From: an uncultured Gammaproteobacteria bacterium
GTDB lineage: Bacteria > Patescibacteriota > Microgenomatia > JALYQM01
Assembly (NCBI GenBank): GCA_964535655.1
Contig: CAZHTP010000004.1
Span: 11,108 to 75,107, forward strand
DNA: 64,000 bases
Direction of reading: 5' to 3'
The notes beneath the pieces are model-generated. The model was not told the DNA's origin. It searched no databases and was given only the letters and a program-made list of their open reading frames with translations. Shown here in pieces: positions 44,887 through 54,665 of the stretch (position 1 is its first letter; every line of letters starts with the position of its first letter). The position numbers and the translations under genes are program-made.

Positions 44887-47310
44887 ATGTCTAAAAATTG
44901 TGGGTTAGGTGCTGATGAAGCAAAAAAAAGATTACTCGCTCATGGTCGTAATGAAATCATTAAGACTCATAAGAAGAATCCTCTGGGGATTTTCATATCT
45001 CAATTTAACTCTTTCCTTGTTTTTCTTCTCGTTATTGCTGCAATTGTGTCGCTCTATTTTGGCGAATACATTGACGGTATCTTCATCGTTCTTATTTTAC
45101 TTTTGAATGGAATCCTGGGGTTTTACCAGGAATATAAAGCTGATCAGGCAATTGAAAAATTGCGCGATATGACTGTTACAATGGTGCACGTTTTGCGAGA
45201 TGGCAAAGAGACGCTTGTTTTGAGCCAGGAACTGGTAGTTGGAGATGTGGTGTTTGTTGAAGAAGGTAATAAAGTGCCAATGGATGGTGTCTTATATGAA
45301 GCGATGCACCTGGCGGTTAATGAGTCGGTTTTGACTGGAGAATCTATTGAAGTAGATAAGGTTGCGGTTGGCGATACCTGGAAGGAAGGTGAGGTAGTTG
45401 AAGATGCCCATGTGCTTTTTATGGGGACTGTAATTAGCCGTGGAAGAGGAATTGCGATAGTAACGGCAACGGGGATGCAAACTAAATTTGGAAAAATTAG
45501 TGCTGAACTTTCGGAGATTGATGAAAGTGAAACTCCACTGGAAAAACAGTTGGCAACACTTGGACGATATCTTGGTATTGGAGCTATTGTTTGTTGTATA
45601 ATGCTTTTTCCAATTGGATTTATTAAGGGTGTGGAACCATTCTCACTTTTTCTGACGGCAATATCGTTTGCTGTTGCGGCCGTTCCAGAGAGTTTGCCTG
45701 CGGTTGTCACTATTACCCTGGGATTGGGAGTTTCGCGTATTGCGCAGCGCCGGGCTATAATTCGCAAACTTTCGGCAGTTGAAACACTTGGTGCTACCAC
45801 GGTTGTGTGTACTGATAAAACGGGAACTTTAACTACAAACCAAATGCGGGTGCGCGAATCTTGGCATTTGCATGATACTGATGCAGATCGAACACAGTTG
45901 CTTGAGGCTGGAGTGTTGTGTAATAGCGCGGTACTTAGCTTGAAAGATTCCGGTGAAAAAGTGGTTATTGGTGACACTACTGAAGGTGCATTACTGTATT
46001 TGGCTGAAGAGCAGGGTGCGGATTATCTGTCTTTGCGTGAACAGTATGCTCTTAAAGAAGAGTTTCTTTTTGATAGTGTTCGTAAAATGATGAGCGTTGT
46101 TGTTCAGGATAAAACACGTGGGCATGCTCTTGTTTATACTAAGGGAGCCCCTGAGATGATGCTTTCACGATGCGTACTTACAGATAATGAACGAGCAAAA
46201 ATTCATACCGAGATAGAGCGTATGGCTGAAACTGGACTGCGAACATTAGGTTTCGGTGTAAAGAGGTTATCCCTGGACACTTTGGAAAAAATTCGTTTAG
46301 AAGAGGCTGAAAACGAACTTACTTTTATTGGCCTTGTTGGTATTGCTGATCCACCTCGTGAATCGGTTAAAGGGGCCATAGCTTTGGCTCGTGATGCTGG
46401 GGTGAGAACGGTAATGATTACTGGAGATAATGTGGTTACTGCTCGAGCGATTGCAAAGGAAATTGGGCTCATGCAGGAAGGAGATATCGCTTTGTCTGGT
46501 GATGAAGTGCGAAATCTTTCTGATGAAGCGTTACTTGAAAAGTTACATAGTGTTCGTGTGTTTGCACGAAGCGCGCCGGAAGATAAATTACGGATTGTTC
46601 GACTTTTTGAGAAACAGGGCGATGTTGTAGCGGTTACAGGGGATGGAGTTAATGATTCTCTTGCTTTGAAGCAGGCAGATATTGGTGTGGCGATGGGAAT
46701 TACGGGCAGTGACGTTGCTAAAGAAGCGGCGGATATGGTTTTGTCGGATGATAATTACGCCACTATCGTTGCAGCTATTGAGGAAGGTCGGCGCATTTAT
46801 CGCAATATTGTGAAGGCGGTGCATTACTTGGTATCTACTAATATTGGGGAAATCTTAACGATTCTTATTTCGATGCTACTTTTTGATAAGGGACATACGC
46901 CTTTTACTCCGCTGATGATTTTATGGATGAATTTAGTTACTGATGGATTGCCAGCTTTGGGACTTGCAACTGACACTCTTGAAAAAGATACGATGAAAGT
47001 ACTGCCGCGTAAAGCAGGTGCGCAGATTATCCAACGCTCAGATTGGCCTACCTTGCTTCTCAATGCAGTGCTTATTGCTGGAGTAACCATTGGGGTATTC
47101 TGGTATGGATTACAGCAGGGAGGGCTAGCTTTAGGTCAAACGTATGCTTTTATAGCGATAGTTGCTTTGCAATTTTTGCGGGTTTTAACGATTCGAAAAT
47201 CCTCACCGTTTAATAACTGGAAGTTGATGGCAATTCTTGCGGTAAGTTTTGCTTTGCAGGTTTTTGTGGTTACTTTCCCTCCGACAAGAGAGTTATTTGG
47301 ATTAATGTAG
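44887..47310 (+). CDS. Cation-transporting P-type ATPase (P2A, Ca2+-like)
   Basis: TGES, PESLP, DKTGTLT, KGAPE, TGD, GDGVND motifs. Confidence 0.95.
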   Translation: MSKNCGLGADEAKKRLLAHGRNEIIKTHKKNPLGIFISQFNSFLVFLLVIAAIVSLYFGEYIDGIFIVLILLLNGILGFYQEYKADQAIEKLRDMTVTMVHVLRDGKETLVLSQELVVGDVVFVEEGNKVPMDGVLYEAMHLAVNESVLTGESIEVDKVAVGDTWKEGEVVEDAHVLFMGTVISRGRGIAIVTATGMQTKFGKISAELSEIDESETPLEKQLATLGRYLGIGAIVCCIMLFPIGFIKGVEPFSLFLTAISFAVAAVPESLPAVVTITLGLGVSRIAQRRAIIRKLSAVETLGATTVVCTDKTGTLTTNQMRVRESWHLHDTDADRTQLLEAGVLCNSAVLSLKDSGEKVVIGDTTEGALLYLAEEQGADYLSLREQYALKEEFLFDSVRKMMSVVVQDKTRGHALVYTKGAPEMMLSRCVLTDNERAKIHTEIERMAETGLRTLGFGVKRLSLDTLEKIRLEEAENELTFIGLVGIADPPRESVKGAIALARDAGVRTVMITGDNVVTARAIAKEIGLMQEGDIALSGDEVRNLSDEALLEKLHSVRVFARSAPEDKLRIVRLFEKQGDVVAVTGDGVNDSLALKQADIGVAMGITGSDVAKEAADMVLSDDNYATIVAAIEEGRRIYRNIVKAVHYLVSTNIGEILTILISMLLFDKGHTPFTPLMILWMNLVTDGLPALGLATDTLEKDTMKVLPRKAGAQIIQRSDWPTLLLNAVLIAGVTIGVFWYGLQQGGLALGQTYAFIAIVALQFLRVLTIRKSSPFNNWKLMAILAVSFALQVFVVTFPPTRELFGLM

Positions 47311-47325
47311 TATAATTCGTCTGAT

Positions 47326-48267
47326 ATGGAAGACAAAATCTATTTGTCGTTGGTGGTGCCGTTTTTTAATGAGCGTGATAATATTGCTCAGCTTCATGCA
47401 GAGATACTTGAAGCATTCGAAAATGTGACTTTTCCCTATGAATTAATCTATGTAAATGATGGATCAAACGATGGTAGTGATGCAGTGCTTTCTGGGCTTA
47501 CCGATTGCACCATTGTAACTATGCAGCGATCTTTTGGACAAACAGCAGCGTTGGTGGCTGGGATTGATGCTTCGGGAGGTGATACGATTGCTACTTTGGA
47601 TGGAGACCTTCAGAACGATCCGCGTGATCTTATTCCGATGATGCAGATTATGGACAATGAATGTTTTGATTTTGTTATTGGTTGGCGAAAAAGACGATAT
47701 GATTCACTTTTAAAACGGATTGTTTCGTGGGTAGCTTTCGTGCTGCGTCAGTTGCTTTTGCATGATGGAATTCATGATGCTGGGTGTGGGACGAAAGTTT
47801 TTCGTAAGCGGGTGATGCAAGATGTTGAGTTGTATGGCGAAATGCATCGATTTTTTGTCTCGATTGTAAAGAGCAAGGGGTATCGGGTAAGTGAGTTTCG
47901 TGTTCGCCACCATAAGCGAAAACATGGAATGTCTAAATATTCGTGGAAGAGGGCAATTAAGGGGTTTTTGGATATGATTGCAGTTTGGTTTTGGGGAAGG
48001 TTTTCCGCTCGGCCGTTGCATGTTTTGGGTGGACTAGGTCTTGGTGTGATTGGGGTGAGTGTTTTTACTTTACTTGTTGTTACTACTCACTTTTTTCATG
48101 ATTATGGATTTCTTACTTCAGAGCGTTGGATTGTTGCATCGGTATTGATGTTTATTTTAGGTGTGCAACTTTTGGTAATGGGTTTGGTGGCAGATATTGT
48201 GGTGCGCGGCTATTTTGCGAGCAGCGGGAAGAAGAATTATGTGGTGCGGAGTGTGAAGAAACAATAA
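47326..48267 (+). CDS. GT2 polyprenol-phosphate glycosyltransferase (ArnC-like)
   Basis: VVPFFNE, VNDGS.DGS, DGDLQNDP, two C-terminal TM helices. Confidence 0.88.
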   Translation: MEDKIYLSLVVPFFNERDNIAQLHAEILEAFENVTFPYELIYVNDGSNDGSDAVLSGLTDCTIVTMQRSFGQTAALVAGIDASGGDTIATLDGDLQNDPRDLIPMMQIMDNECFDFVIGWRKRRYDSLLKRIVSWVAFVLRQLLLHDGIHDAGCGTKVFRKRVMQDVELYGEMHRFFVSIVKSKGYRVSEFRVRHHKRKHGMSKYSWKRAIKGFLDMIAVWFWGRFSARPLHVLGGLGLGVIGVSVFTLLVVTTHFFHDYGFLTSERWIVASVLMFILGVQLLVMGLVADIVVRGYFASSGKKNYVVRSVKKQ

Positions 48268-48274
48268 AGTTAAC

Positions 48275-48340
48275 CGAGTTGAGTTTTTGCGACTCGAAAA
48301 TTTGAAGTTCAAGTTTTTCTACCTTAATTAACTCAACTCG
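48275..48340. terminator. Nested inverted repeat between convergent genes
   Basis: CGAGTTGAGTT (48275-48285) / AACTCAACTCG (48330-48340) enclosing a second hairpin. Confidence 0.45.
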
Positions 48341-49642
48341 TTATTTGCTAAAAAATGATTTACTAAATTTCAGTGATTTTTCTACGTCATCCAAATTAAA
48401 ATTCTCGTTAGCGCCGTGCATGTTACAGTCTTCGTTGGCGAGCGGAACGAGTACTTGAGGTGCGCCAAAGGCGTTTTTGAAATAGGTGACAATAGGTAGG
48501 CCGCCGCCGCTATATTTACATAATGGATTAGTGCCGTAAGCTTTTTCTAGAAGCTCTTTGGCTTTTGTGACATATTCGTTGTTAAGATCGAGTTTGACTC
48601 CTTCGTGGATATCGTCGACTTGCATCTCAAAATCTACGTATGATGGTAAGGTATCTTTAAGATAATTGCGGAAGAGCTCGGCAATTTTTGTTGGATCCTG
48701 GTTTTTTACTAGGCGAAAATTAATTTTGACAGTTGCTTTGGCATGAATGCCGTTTTTATAGCCTTCACCATTATATCCCGATTGTAGGCCTGTAACTTGA
48801 ATCGAAGGTCGCAGGCCTACTTGAGTGTGGGGGTCGAATTCCGGTTCTTTTAACAGTGCTTTTGCTCCGGTGATGCGTTGGTATTCTTTTTCATCAAACG
48901 GAATTGATTCGGTGTTATCAATGGGGGCTACATCGTCGTAAAAATGAGGAATGGTGATGTGATTATTTTCATCATACAGTTTAGCGATCATTTTTGATGC
49001 TTCATGGATGGCACTTGGCGCAATGCCACCATAGATTCCAGAGTGTAAATCATTAGTTGCGGTTTTAACTGTTATGGTGGTGTTGAACCCTCCGCGAAAT
49101 CCTAATTCAAGAATTGGATGATTGCCGGTTATTTCGCCATCGGAAATTACTACTACATCTGCTTTAAGGAGTTCTTTATTATCCTCGATGAATTTACCGA
49201 GCTTAGGTGACCCAGTTTCTTCATTGCCTTCGATCATAAATTTTACATTATATTTAAGTTTTTTCTCGTTAATTAAGTCGAAAATGGTAGCAATATGAAT
49301 TGCTACCTGACCTTTATTGTCTATAGCTCCTCGAGCATAGAGGCGTTTGCCATCATTAGTTAATTCAAATGGTTCGGAATTCCAGCCATCGGACTTCAGG
49401 GCTGGTTGGACATCGTAATGTCCATAAATGAGACAGGTTTTACATGTAGGATCTGCTTCAAATGATGCAACGATAATTGGATTACCATAACTGTTGATGA
49501 CATTCACTTTAAAACCCTTAGTGATGAATGTATTTTTTAGCCAGAGTGCACACTTTTGAATTTCGGTAGCAAAAGTATTGTCTGTGGAAACACTTTTAAA
49601 TGAGACAAAATCTTTTATGAGGTTGAAATAAGTATCGGTCAT
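48341..49642 (-). CDS. M20 family dipeptidase
   Basis: YGHYDVQP, ARGAIDNKGQ, EGNEE.GS, DLHSG, HGANE motifs. Confidence 0.92.
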   Translation of the reverse strand: MTDTYFNLIKDFVSFKSVSTDNTFATEIQKCALWLKNTFITKGFKVNVINSYGNPIIVASFEADPTCKTCLIYGHYDVQPALKSDGWNSEPFELTNDGKRLYARGAIDNKGQVAIHIATIFDLINEKKLKYNVKFMIEGNEETGSPKLGKFIEDNKELLKADVVVISDGEITGNHPILELGFRGGFNTTITVKTATNDLHSGIYGGIAPSAIHEASKMIAKLYDENNHITIPHFYDDVAPIDNTESIPFDEKEYQRITGAKALLKEPEFDPHTQVGLRPSIQVTGLQSGYNGEGYKNGIHAKATVKINFRLVKNQDPTKIAELFRNYLKDTLPSYVDFEMQVDDIHEGVKLDLNNEYVTKAKELLEKAYGTNPLCKYSGGGLPIVTYFKNAFGAPQVLVPLANEDCNMHGANENFNLDDVEKSLKFSKSFFSK

Positions 49643-49706
49643 GAAGTAATTATATCATTGAATAGGTATTGACAATGTCTTGTCTATTTTTTTAGAATAG
49701 CTTATT

Positions 49707-49808
49707 GTGAATATTGTTTTATTTGTTTTTGCTTTCTACTTTATGTCGCTCTTTGGGTATTGGTATACCCAAGGGGCTACTGTTGTTGAAAGGAATCATA
49801 TTCACTAA
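49707..49808 (+). CDS. Aromatic-rich leader peptide MNIVLFVFAFYFMSLFGYWYTQGATVVERNHIH
   Basis: GTG just after promoter TTGACA (49669)-18-TAGAAT (49693); 5 Phe, 3 Tyr, 1 Trp in the first 20 codons; alternative ATG at 49743. Confidence 0.65.
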   Translation: MNIVLFVFAFYFMSLFGYWYTQGATVVERNHIH

Positions 49809-49834
49809 TTAGTTTTATTTCTTGATTTTCAACA

Positions 49835-49872
49835 AAAGACCCCTTGGAGTACCGCCAAGGGGTCTTTTTTTT
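49835..49872 (+). terminator. Attenuator terminator of the aro operon
   Basis: AAAGACCCCTTGG-agtaccg-CCAAGGGGTCTTT plus T run; leader CCAAGGGG (49769-49776) is the antiterminator partner. Confidence 0.85.
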
Positions 49873-49887
49873 GATGAAAGGATGTTT

Positions 49888-50652
49888 ATGGGAACTTCCG
49901 AAAAAAAAATACAAATTTATGGTCCGTGCGCTGCGGAATCACGCGAACAAGTTTTACTTGCTGCTGATGCTGTTGCTGGAGTTGGTGCTCACTATATGCG
50001 TGCCTGTTTGTGGAAACCACGAACACGGCCAGGATTTGATGGTGTAGGGGAAGAAGGAATGGCGTGGTTAGCAGAAGCTTCATTGAAAGGGGTTGGCGTT
50101 GCAACGGAAGTGTTCTCGCAAGAACAAGTGGAAAAGTTGGCAGAAAAAGTGTTTGGTTTAAATCCGGATGCTAAATTGCTTGTATGGCTTGGTTCGCGTA
50201 GCCAAGTGCATTATTTGCAACGGGAAGTAGGATATGCCGTGTCGCAAGACCCACGCATTAAAGTTCTTATTAAGCATCAAATGTGGGAAGATGAAGCACA
50301 TTGGTTAGGAATAATGGAGCATGTACTTGATGGTGGTGCGTCGGTGGAGCAAGTAATACTGTGCCACCGCGGATTTCATCCGTCAGGTCGCGAGAACCCG
50401 CAAGATTTACGCAATTTACCGCACTATGAAATGGCGATGCGCGTGAAAGAAAAAAGTGGTGTCCCAATGGTGATTGATCCTTCGCATATTGGGGGAAGTG
50501 TAGAAAATGTTGTTAAAATTTTGCTTGAATCAAAGCAATATGACTTTGATGGATACATGGTAGAGGCTCATCCAACTCCGGAACAGGCTCGAACGGACGC
50601 AAAACAACAATTATCTTTATCTCATCTGGAGAGCATGGTTGGGCAATTATAA
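49888..50652 (+). CDS. DAHP synthase (type I-beta)
   Basis: GPCAAES, WKPRTRPGF.G.G, CHRGF, DPSH, MVEAHP.P..A.TDAKQQ motifs. Confidence 0.88.
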   Translation: MGTSEKKIQIYGPCAAESREQVLLAADAVAGVGAHYMRACLWKPRTRPGFDGVGEEGMAWLAEASLKGVGVATEVFSQEQVEKLAEKVFGLNPDAKLLVWLGSRSQVHYLQREVGYAVSQDPRIKVLIKHQMWEDEAHWLGIMEHVLDGGASVEQVILCHRGFHPSGRENPQDLRNLPHYEMAMRVKEKSGVPMVIDPSHIGGSVENVVKILLESKQYDFDGYMVEAHPTPEQARTDAKQQLSLSHLESMVGQL

Positions 50653-50660
50653 GGAGGCTT

Positions 50661-50942
50661 ATGAGTGAAGTTAATTTAACTGACTTGCGCGACCGGATTA
50701 ATCATGTAAATTATAGTTTATTAGTGCTTCTTGCTGAACGATTTAGACTTACTGAACAAGTAGGAGTGTATAAAAAAGTACATGGGCTTCCTATTGTAGA
50801 TAAACAGCGTGAAGAGCTTCAGTTAAAGGAATTAGAACGGTTAGCAGGAGAATTAGGAATGGACAGTTCAATTGCTCGGAAAATATTTCGTCTTATTATT
50901 GATGAAGTTTGCATACGACATCAGGCTATACGAGATAATTAA
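50661..50942 (+). CDS. Chorismate mutase (AroQ)
   Basis: L..LRDRI...LL.LLAERF....VG.YK....PI.D..RE. Confidence 0.88.
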   Translation: MSEVNLTDLRDRINHVNYSLLVLLAERFRLTEQVGVYKKVHGLPIVDKQREELQLKELERLAGELGMDSSIARKIFRLIIDEVCIRHQAIRDN

Positions 50943-50963
50943 TTTTAGGTGTATCATATTTAT

Positions 50964-51809
50964 ATGAATACTGTTGCTTATTTTGGTATACCTGGCTCAT
51001 ATAGTTATGCGGTCGCACTAAATTATTTTAATGATAATAACGCTGAGTTTCTTGCATCTAAACGGTTTAAAGATGTATTTGATGCGGTTCAAACTGAAAA
51101 AGCATTATATGGTGTGATCCCTATAGAAAATAGTTTGGCGGGATCAGTGTATGAAAATTATGGACTTTTATCTGAATCTAGTTTACATATTGTAGGCGAA
51201 GCGTATTTAAAAATTGAACACTGCCTACTTGGTATGTCTGGGCAAGGTTTTGTTTTAGGGGCAATTAAGAAGGTGTTCGCGCATCCACAAGCACTTGCGC
51301 AGTGTTCGCAGTTCTTTGAGAAAAACCCAACTATTGAACAAGTCCCTTATGGAGATAACGCGAGCGCTGCAGAGTTTGTAGCTCAACAAAAGGATAATTC
51401 CCTTGCTGCTATTGCTTGTGAAGGAGCTGCTGAAGTATATAACCTAGCGATTCTCATGAAGGACATCGCTAATAGTTGTGTGAACTATACTCGCTTTCTG
51501 GTGATAGGTCGCAGTGCTATAGAAGAGGGAACTAATAAATGCTCAGTAGCTTTTAACTTGCCGCATGTTGCAGGAAGTCTGTCCAATGCTTTAAAAATTC
51601 TTTCAGATTCGGGTATGAATTTAACTAAAATCGAGTCAAGGCCACTTTTTGATAAGCCATTTGAATATATTTTCTATTTGGATATGGAGTTTAGTGAGAA
51701 GTATCAGCGAGGGGTGATAGGGAATCAGTTTAGAAAAGCGGTCGAAAACCTTAAGGTTTTGGGTATATATAAAAGCGCTGATTCTGATCTTGGCAAAATA
51801 ATTCTGTAA
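50964..51809 (+). CDS. pheA: Prephenate dehydratase (PDT + ACT)
   Basis: G.PGSYS, PIENS..GSV, HPQALAQC, NYTRF, NLTKIESRP motifs. Confidence 0.93.
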   Translation: MNTVAYFGIPGSYSYAVALNYFNDNNAEFLASKRFKDVFDAVQTEKALYGVIPIENSLAGSVYENYGLLSESSLHIVGEAYLKIEHCLLGMSGQGFVLGAIKKVFAHPQALAQCSQFFEKNPTIEQVPYGDNASAAEFVAQQKDNSLAAIACEGAAEVYNLAILMKDIANSCVNYTRFLVIGRSAIEEGTNKCSVAFNLPHVAGSLSNALKILSDSGMNLTKIESRPLFDKPFEYIFYLDMEFSEKYQRGVIGNQFRKAVENLKVLGIYKSADSDLGKIIL

Positions 51810-51829
51810 TAGTACACTTGTACATTATT

Positions 51830-51880
51830 ATGAGTGAAATAATAGTATCTGTCGTTCTATTCCTTATTCTCCCTGTATAA
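51830..51880 (+). CDS. Ile/Leu/Val-rich leader peptide MSEIIVSVVLFLILPV
   Basis: 10 of 16 residues branched-chain; follows TTGGCA-17-TACACT (51790-51818); precedes antiterminator/terminator. Confidence 0.6.
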   Translation: MSEIIVSVVLFLILPV

Positions 51881-51913
51881 GGGGACGGGAAGAACGTAGT
51901 TGATACCTTATAC

Positions 51914-51945
51914 CCGTCTCTTTTTCTTAAAAGAGGCGGTTTTTT
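51914..51945 (+). terminator. Attenuator terminator
   Basis: CCGTCTCTTTT-tctt-AAAAGAGGCGG-T6; GGGACGGG (51882-51889) pairs with CCCGTCTC as antiterminator. Confidence 0.8.
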
Positions 51946-51961
51946 GTTGTTTAGGGGATTT

Positions 51962-53071
51962 ATGAGTAGTGGTGGACTTGAAAGAGGAAGACCTCAGCCT
52001 GAGCAGAGGGTTACTCGACCATGTTTGAGAGGCTTTAGGGTAGTTCGTGATTTAGATACTATAGTATGGAGCTTAACGGGTGGGTTAACCGCTGCTACGC
52101 GGCGATATATTGATCCTGACGGTTCGCGCATTGTTGACTCGGCTGATGCTGCTCGGGCTTTCAGTACGGGAAACATGGATAGAACTAAGTCGTTTTTTGT
52201 TTTTAGGACTGAGTTTAAGCCTGAACAAGAGGAATTATTCAAGAAATTATGTAGAATGATTCTTCAGGCAAATGTTAAGCAATCAAAAACTAAAGATACC
52301 TATGGTTTTGGCCTTGAGGAAGATGCAGATGTTAGAGTAATTTCTAAACTATTGTCGGGAATAAGTGGTGATCGAATTTCACGAATGAGAATGTCCCATG
52401 TACGAGGAGGATTAGTTTTAAGTTTAGTTTCAGGCGTTGACGGAGATGACCTTCCTGGCCCTGTTCCCTGGGCGGTCCGTGAAGCTTTAGAAATGCAAGA
52501 GTTGCCTGAGATGAGAATGCATTATCCGCGTTATCGTGAGATAGCGCAGCAGTATGGAGTAGGAGTACAGATTTTAACTATGGCCGCAGATCAACATTCT
52601 GTTGATGCCATCTTTAGCTTTTATCGCCGTGATCCTAAGAATAATGATTTCCTGTCTTCACTTTCTGGTACGCATCAATTCCCGTCTGTGAATAGACCAG
52701 GAGATAGAGAGCGACTGCAGATAATAGTTGATGCAATGTCTTATGTTGGCCTTGCCGGTACGTATTGCCGTGTCAACCCAAAAGCATATGAATTGGCATT
52801 GCATGCTTTGGCGACATCAAGATGGGTTACGTTTGAGGATTTGCAACAACCTTCTTATGCATTCGTCACCATGCAGGATCCTGTTGTTCCGGTTGTTATT
52901 TTGCGAAAAGCTTCGGGCGATGATCTTGGGTTTGAATATAATCCTATCGAACATGGAGGTATGTTTATAACCGGGCAAATTACAGATACTTTTTGGAAAA
53001 TTCAGTCGTATGTTCCTGGGAGATCAAGTGAGATTGCTTCACAATCTGCCGCCTCTGTTATTTTTAAATAG
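51962..53071 (+). CDS. Hypothetical protein (possibly divergent ACT-like domains)
   Basis: Long ORF with AGGGGA SD right after the attenuator. Confidence 0.65.
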   Translation: MSSGGLERGRPQPEQRVTRPCLRGFRVVRDLDTIVWSLTGGLTAATRRYIDPDGSRIVDSADAARAFSTGNMDRTKSFFVFRTEFKPEQEELFKKLCRMILQANVKQSKTKDTYGFGLEEDADVRVISKLLSGISGDRISRMRMSHVRGGLVLSLVSGVDGDDLPGPVPWAVREALEMQELPEMRMHYPRYREIAQQYGVGVQILTMAADQHSVDAIFSFYRRDPKNNDFLSSLSGTHQFPSVNRPGDRERLQIIVDAMSYVGLAGTYCRVNPKAYELALHALATSRWVTFEDLQQPSYAFVTMQDPVVPVVILRKASGDDLGFEYNPIEHGGMFITGQITDTFWKIQSYVPGRSSEIASQSAASVIFK

Positions 53072-54590
53072 TTGTATCCTCATAATATTTATTTACTTTC
53101 CAAATAGCAGCTTTACCTTGTTTTGCGACAAGAGAAATAAACCCAGCGTTCTCCATATTGGCTAACCCTTCGTCTAGTTTTTGCTCGTTCTCCATGAGTA
53201 GGGTTTTTGGCCCCTGATTGGGATGAGTATCTGTAACTAAATATTTTACATTTTTATGATAACTGAGCCAGAAACATTTTTCTTCACCACAAGGGGAGGT
53301 TTCTTTGCTAAATTTTCGGTAGCCGTTGTTGCGCTTGTATGGCCATAGCACATGGAGATCTTTGCGCTCATTAATGTGCGGGATGAGGTTGTCTTGCGCT
53401 GCGATACCTACACCGGGTGGAACTTGTTTTAAAATAGCATTGTTATCTGCGATGTATTGAGGCCAGGTGTACCAGGTTTTTTTGCTGAGGGTATTAAGGG
53501 GCAGATGATAAGTGTATTGGAAGTAAGCCCAGGAAATGGTGAGTAGTATTGCTAAGGGGAAGTAGGGAATTGAGATTAGCTTGATTTTGCTTCTAGGGAT
53601 TCGTACTTTATCTAAATTATGTAAATTACATACTCCGTAGATTGTGGCCCAGGCAAGTAGTGGCGCAAGTGAAGAGCGGTATTGGAGGAAAATACTCCCT
53701 GTTTCTGGATGATTATTACCCAAGACAAAATAAAATATAAGATCGGCAATGGATGCAATTACTGTGATAGGGGAAAATAGCGGAATGAGTGCAAACCAGA
53801 GATAACTTAGACGCCAAACCTCTTGTTTTTGTGGAGTATTACCTAAGTATCCAATGGTTTCCTGAATCGATACTGGGTTTGATGCAACAAACCGATAGTG
53901 CTCGTCTGTTAGATTTTCCATAATGGGGAACAGAATTTTTAAGACGATAAACATATATAGTAGTGAGGTTATCGCAATTGTAGTTCCGACTTTTCGATGA
54001 CCGCGTAAAAAATAAGTTAACCCAATTGCGAATATGATGACCGGGAAACTTTCTTTCATTCCTAGTATTATTGCCATTACTGTGGCTGCCCATTTATATT
54101 CCTTATTTTCAATTTTCCAAATGAGCCAAGGGACCAATACTGTTCCAAATACTATGGAATGGACGTCAAAGTTGATAGAAAACTGATATCCATAAAATGT
54201 TAGGTAGGAAAGGGTAAGGATTGCTCTTAAATAGATGGGAAGATTCAATTTTTTCGCTAACCAATCGAATGGAAGGGCAGATGCTCCCATCATAACCGCT
54301 TGAAGAATTAATAATGCTTTAGGGTCGCTCCAGATCCAATAGAGTGGTGCAAGTAAAGCCAGACTTGGAGAAAAGTGATTTAATAACGCAAATTTATACT
54401 CAACGGTCACAAATGGGTACAAAAAGCGGCTATACAACCATACTGTTTGATCGTAAATACCAAGGTCGTAGCCATAGGTGTGAAAATGGAAATGACGTAG
54501 GAGCGCGAGCGCTATGTATAATAGTGTAATTATTACGATTATGATGTTAGGGGAATTGGTGTACAGAAAACCAATCACTTTTTTTTGCAT
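53064..54590 (-). CDS. DUF2079 family membrane glycosyltransferase-like protein
   Basis: YDLGIYDQ..W, NHFSP.L.LLAPLY, F..H, KE motifs. Confidence 0.8.
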   Translation of the reverse strand: MQKKVIGFLYTNSPNIIIVIITLLYIALALLRHFHFHTYGYDLGIYDQTVWLYSRFLYPFVTVEYKFALLNHFSPSLALLAPLYWIWSDPKALLILQAVMMGASALPFDWLAKKLNLPIYLRAILTLSYLTFYGYQFSINFDVHSIVFGTVLVPWLIWKIENKEYKWAATVMAIILGMKESFPVIIFAIGLTYFLRGHRKVGTTIAITSLLYMFIVLKILFPIMENLTDEHYRFVASNPVSIQETIGYLGNTPQKQEVWRLSYLWFALIPLFSPITVIASIADLIFYFVLGNNHPETGSIFLQYRSSLAPLLAWATIYGVCNLHNLDKVRIPRSKIKLISIPYFPLAILLTISWAYFQYTYHLPLNTLSKKTWYTWPQYIADNNAILKQVPPGVGIAAQDNLIPHINERKDLHVLWPYKRNNGYRKFSKETSPCGEEKCFWLSYHKNVKYLVTDTHPNQGPKTLLMENEQKLDEGLANMENAGFISLVAKQGKAAIWKVNKYYEDTTI

Positions 54591-54665
54591 ACGGTGATTA
54601 TATATTAATTTAACAAATAACAAATTTGCCTCAAATCGCCCGTTTTATGTATAATAGGTTTTGTT

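Noticed and set aside
45144-45977. 277-aa antisense ORF inside the P-type ATPase
   Set aside because: Shadow ORF on the opposite strand of a conserved gene; no motifs
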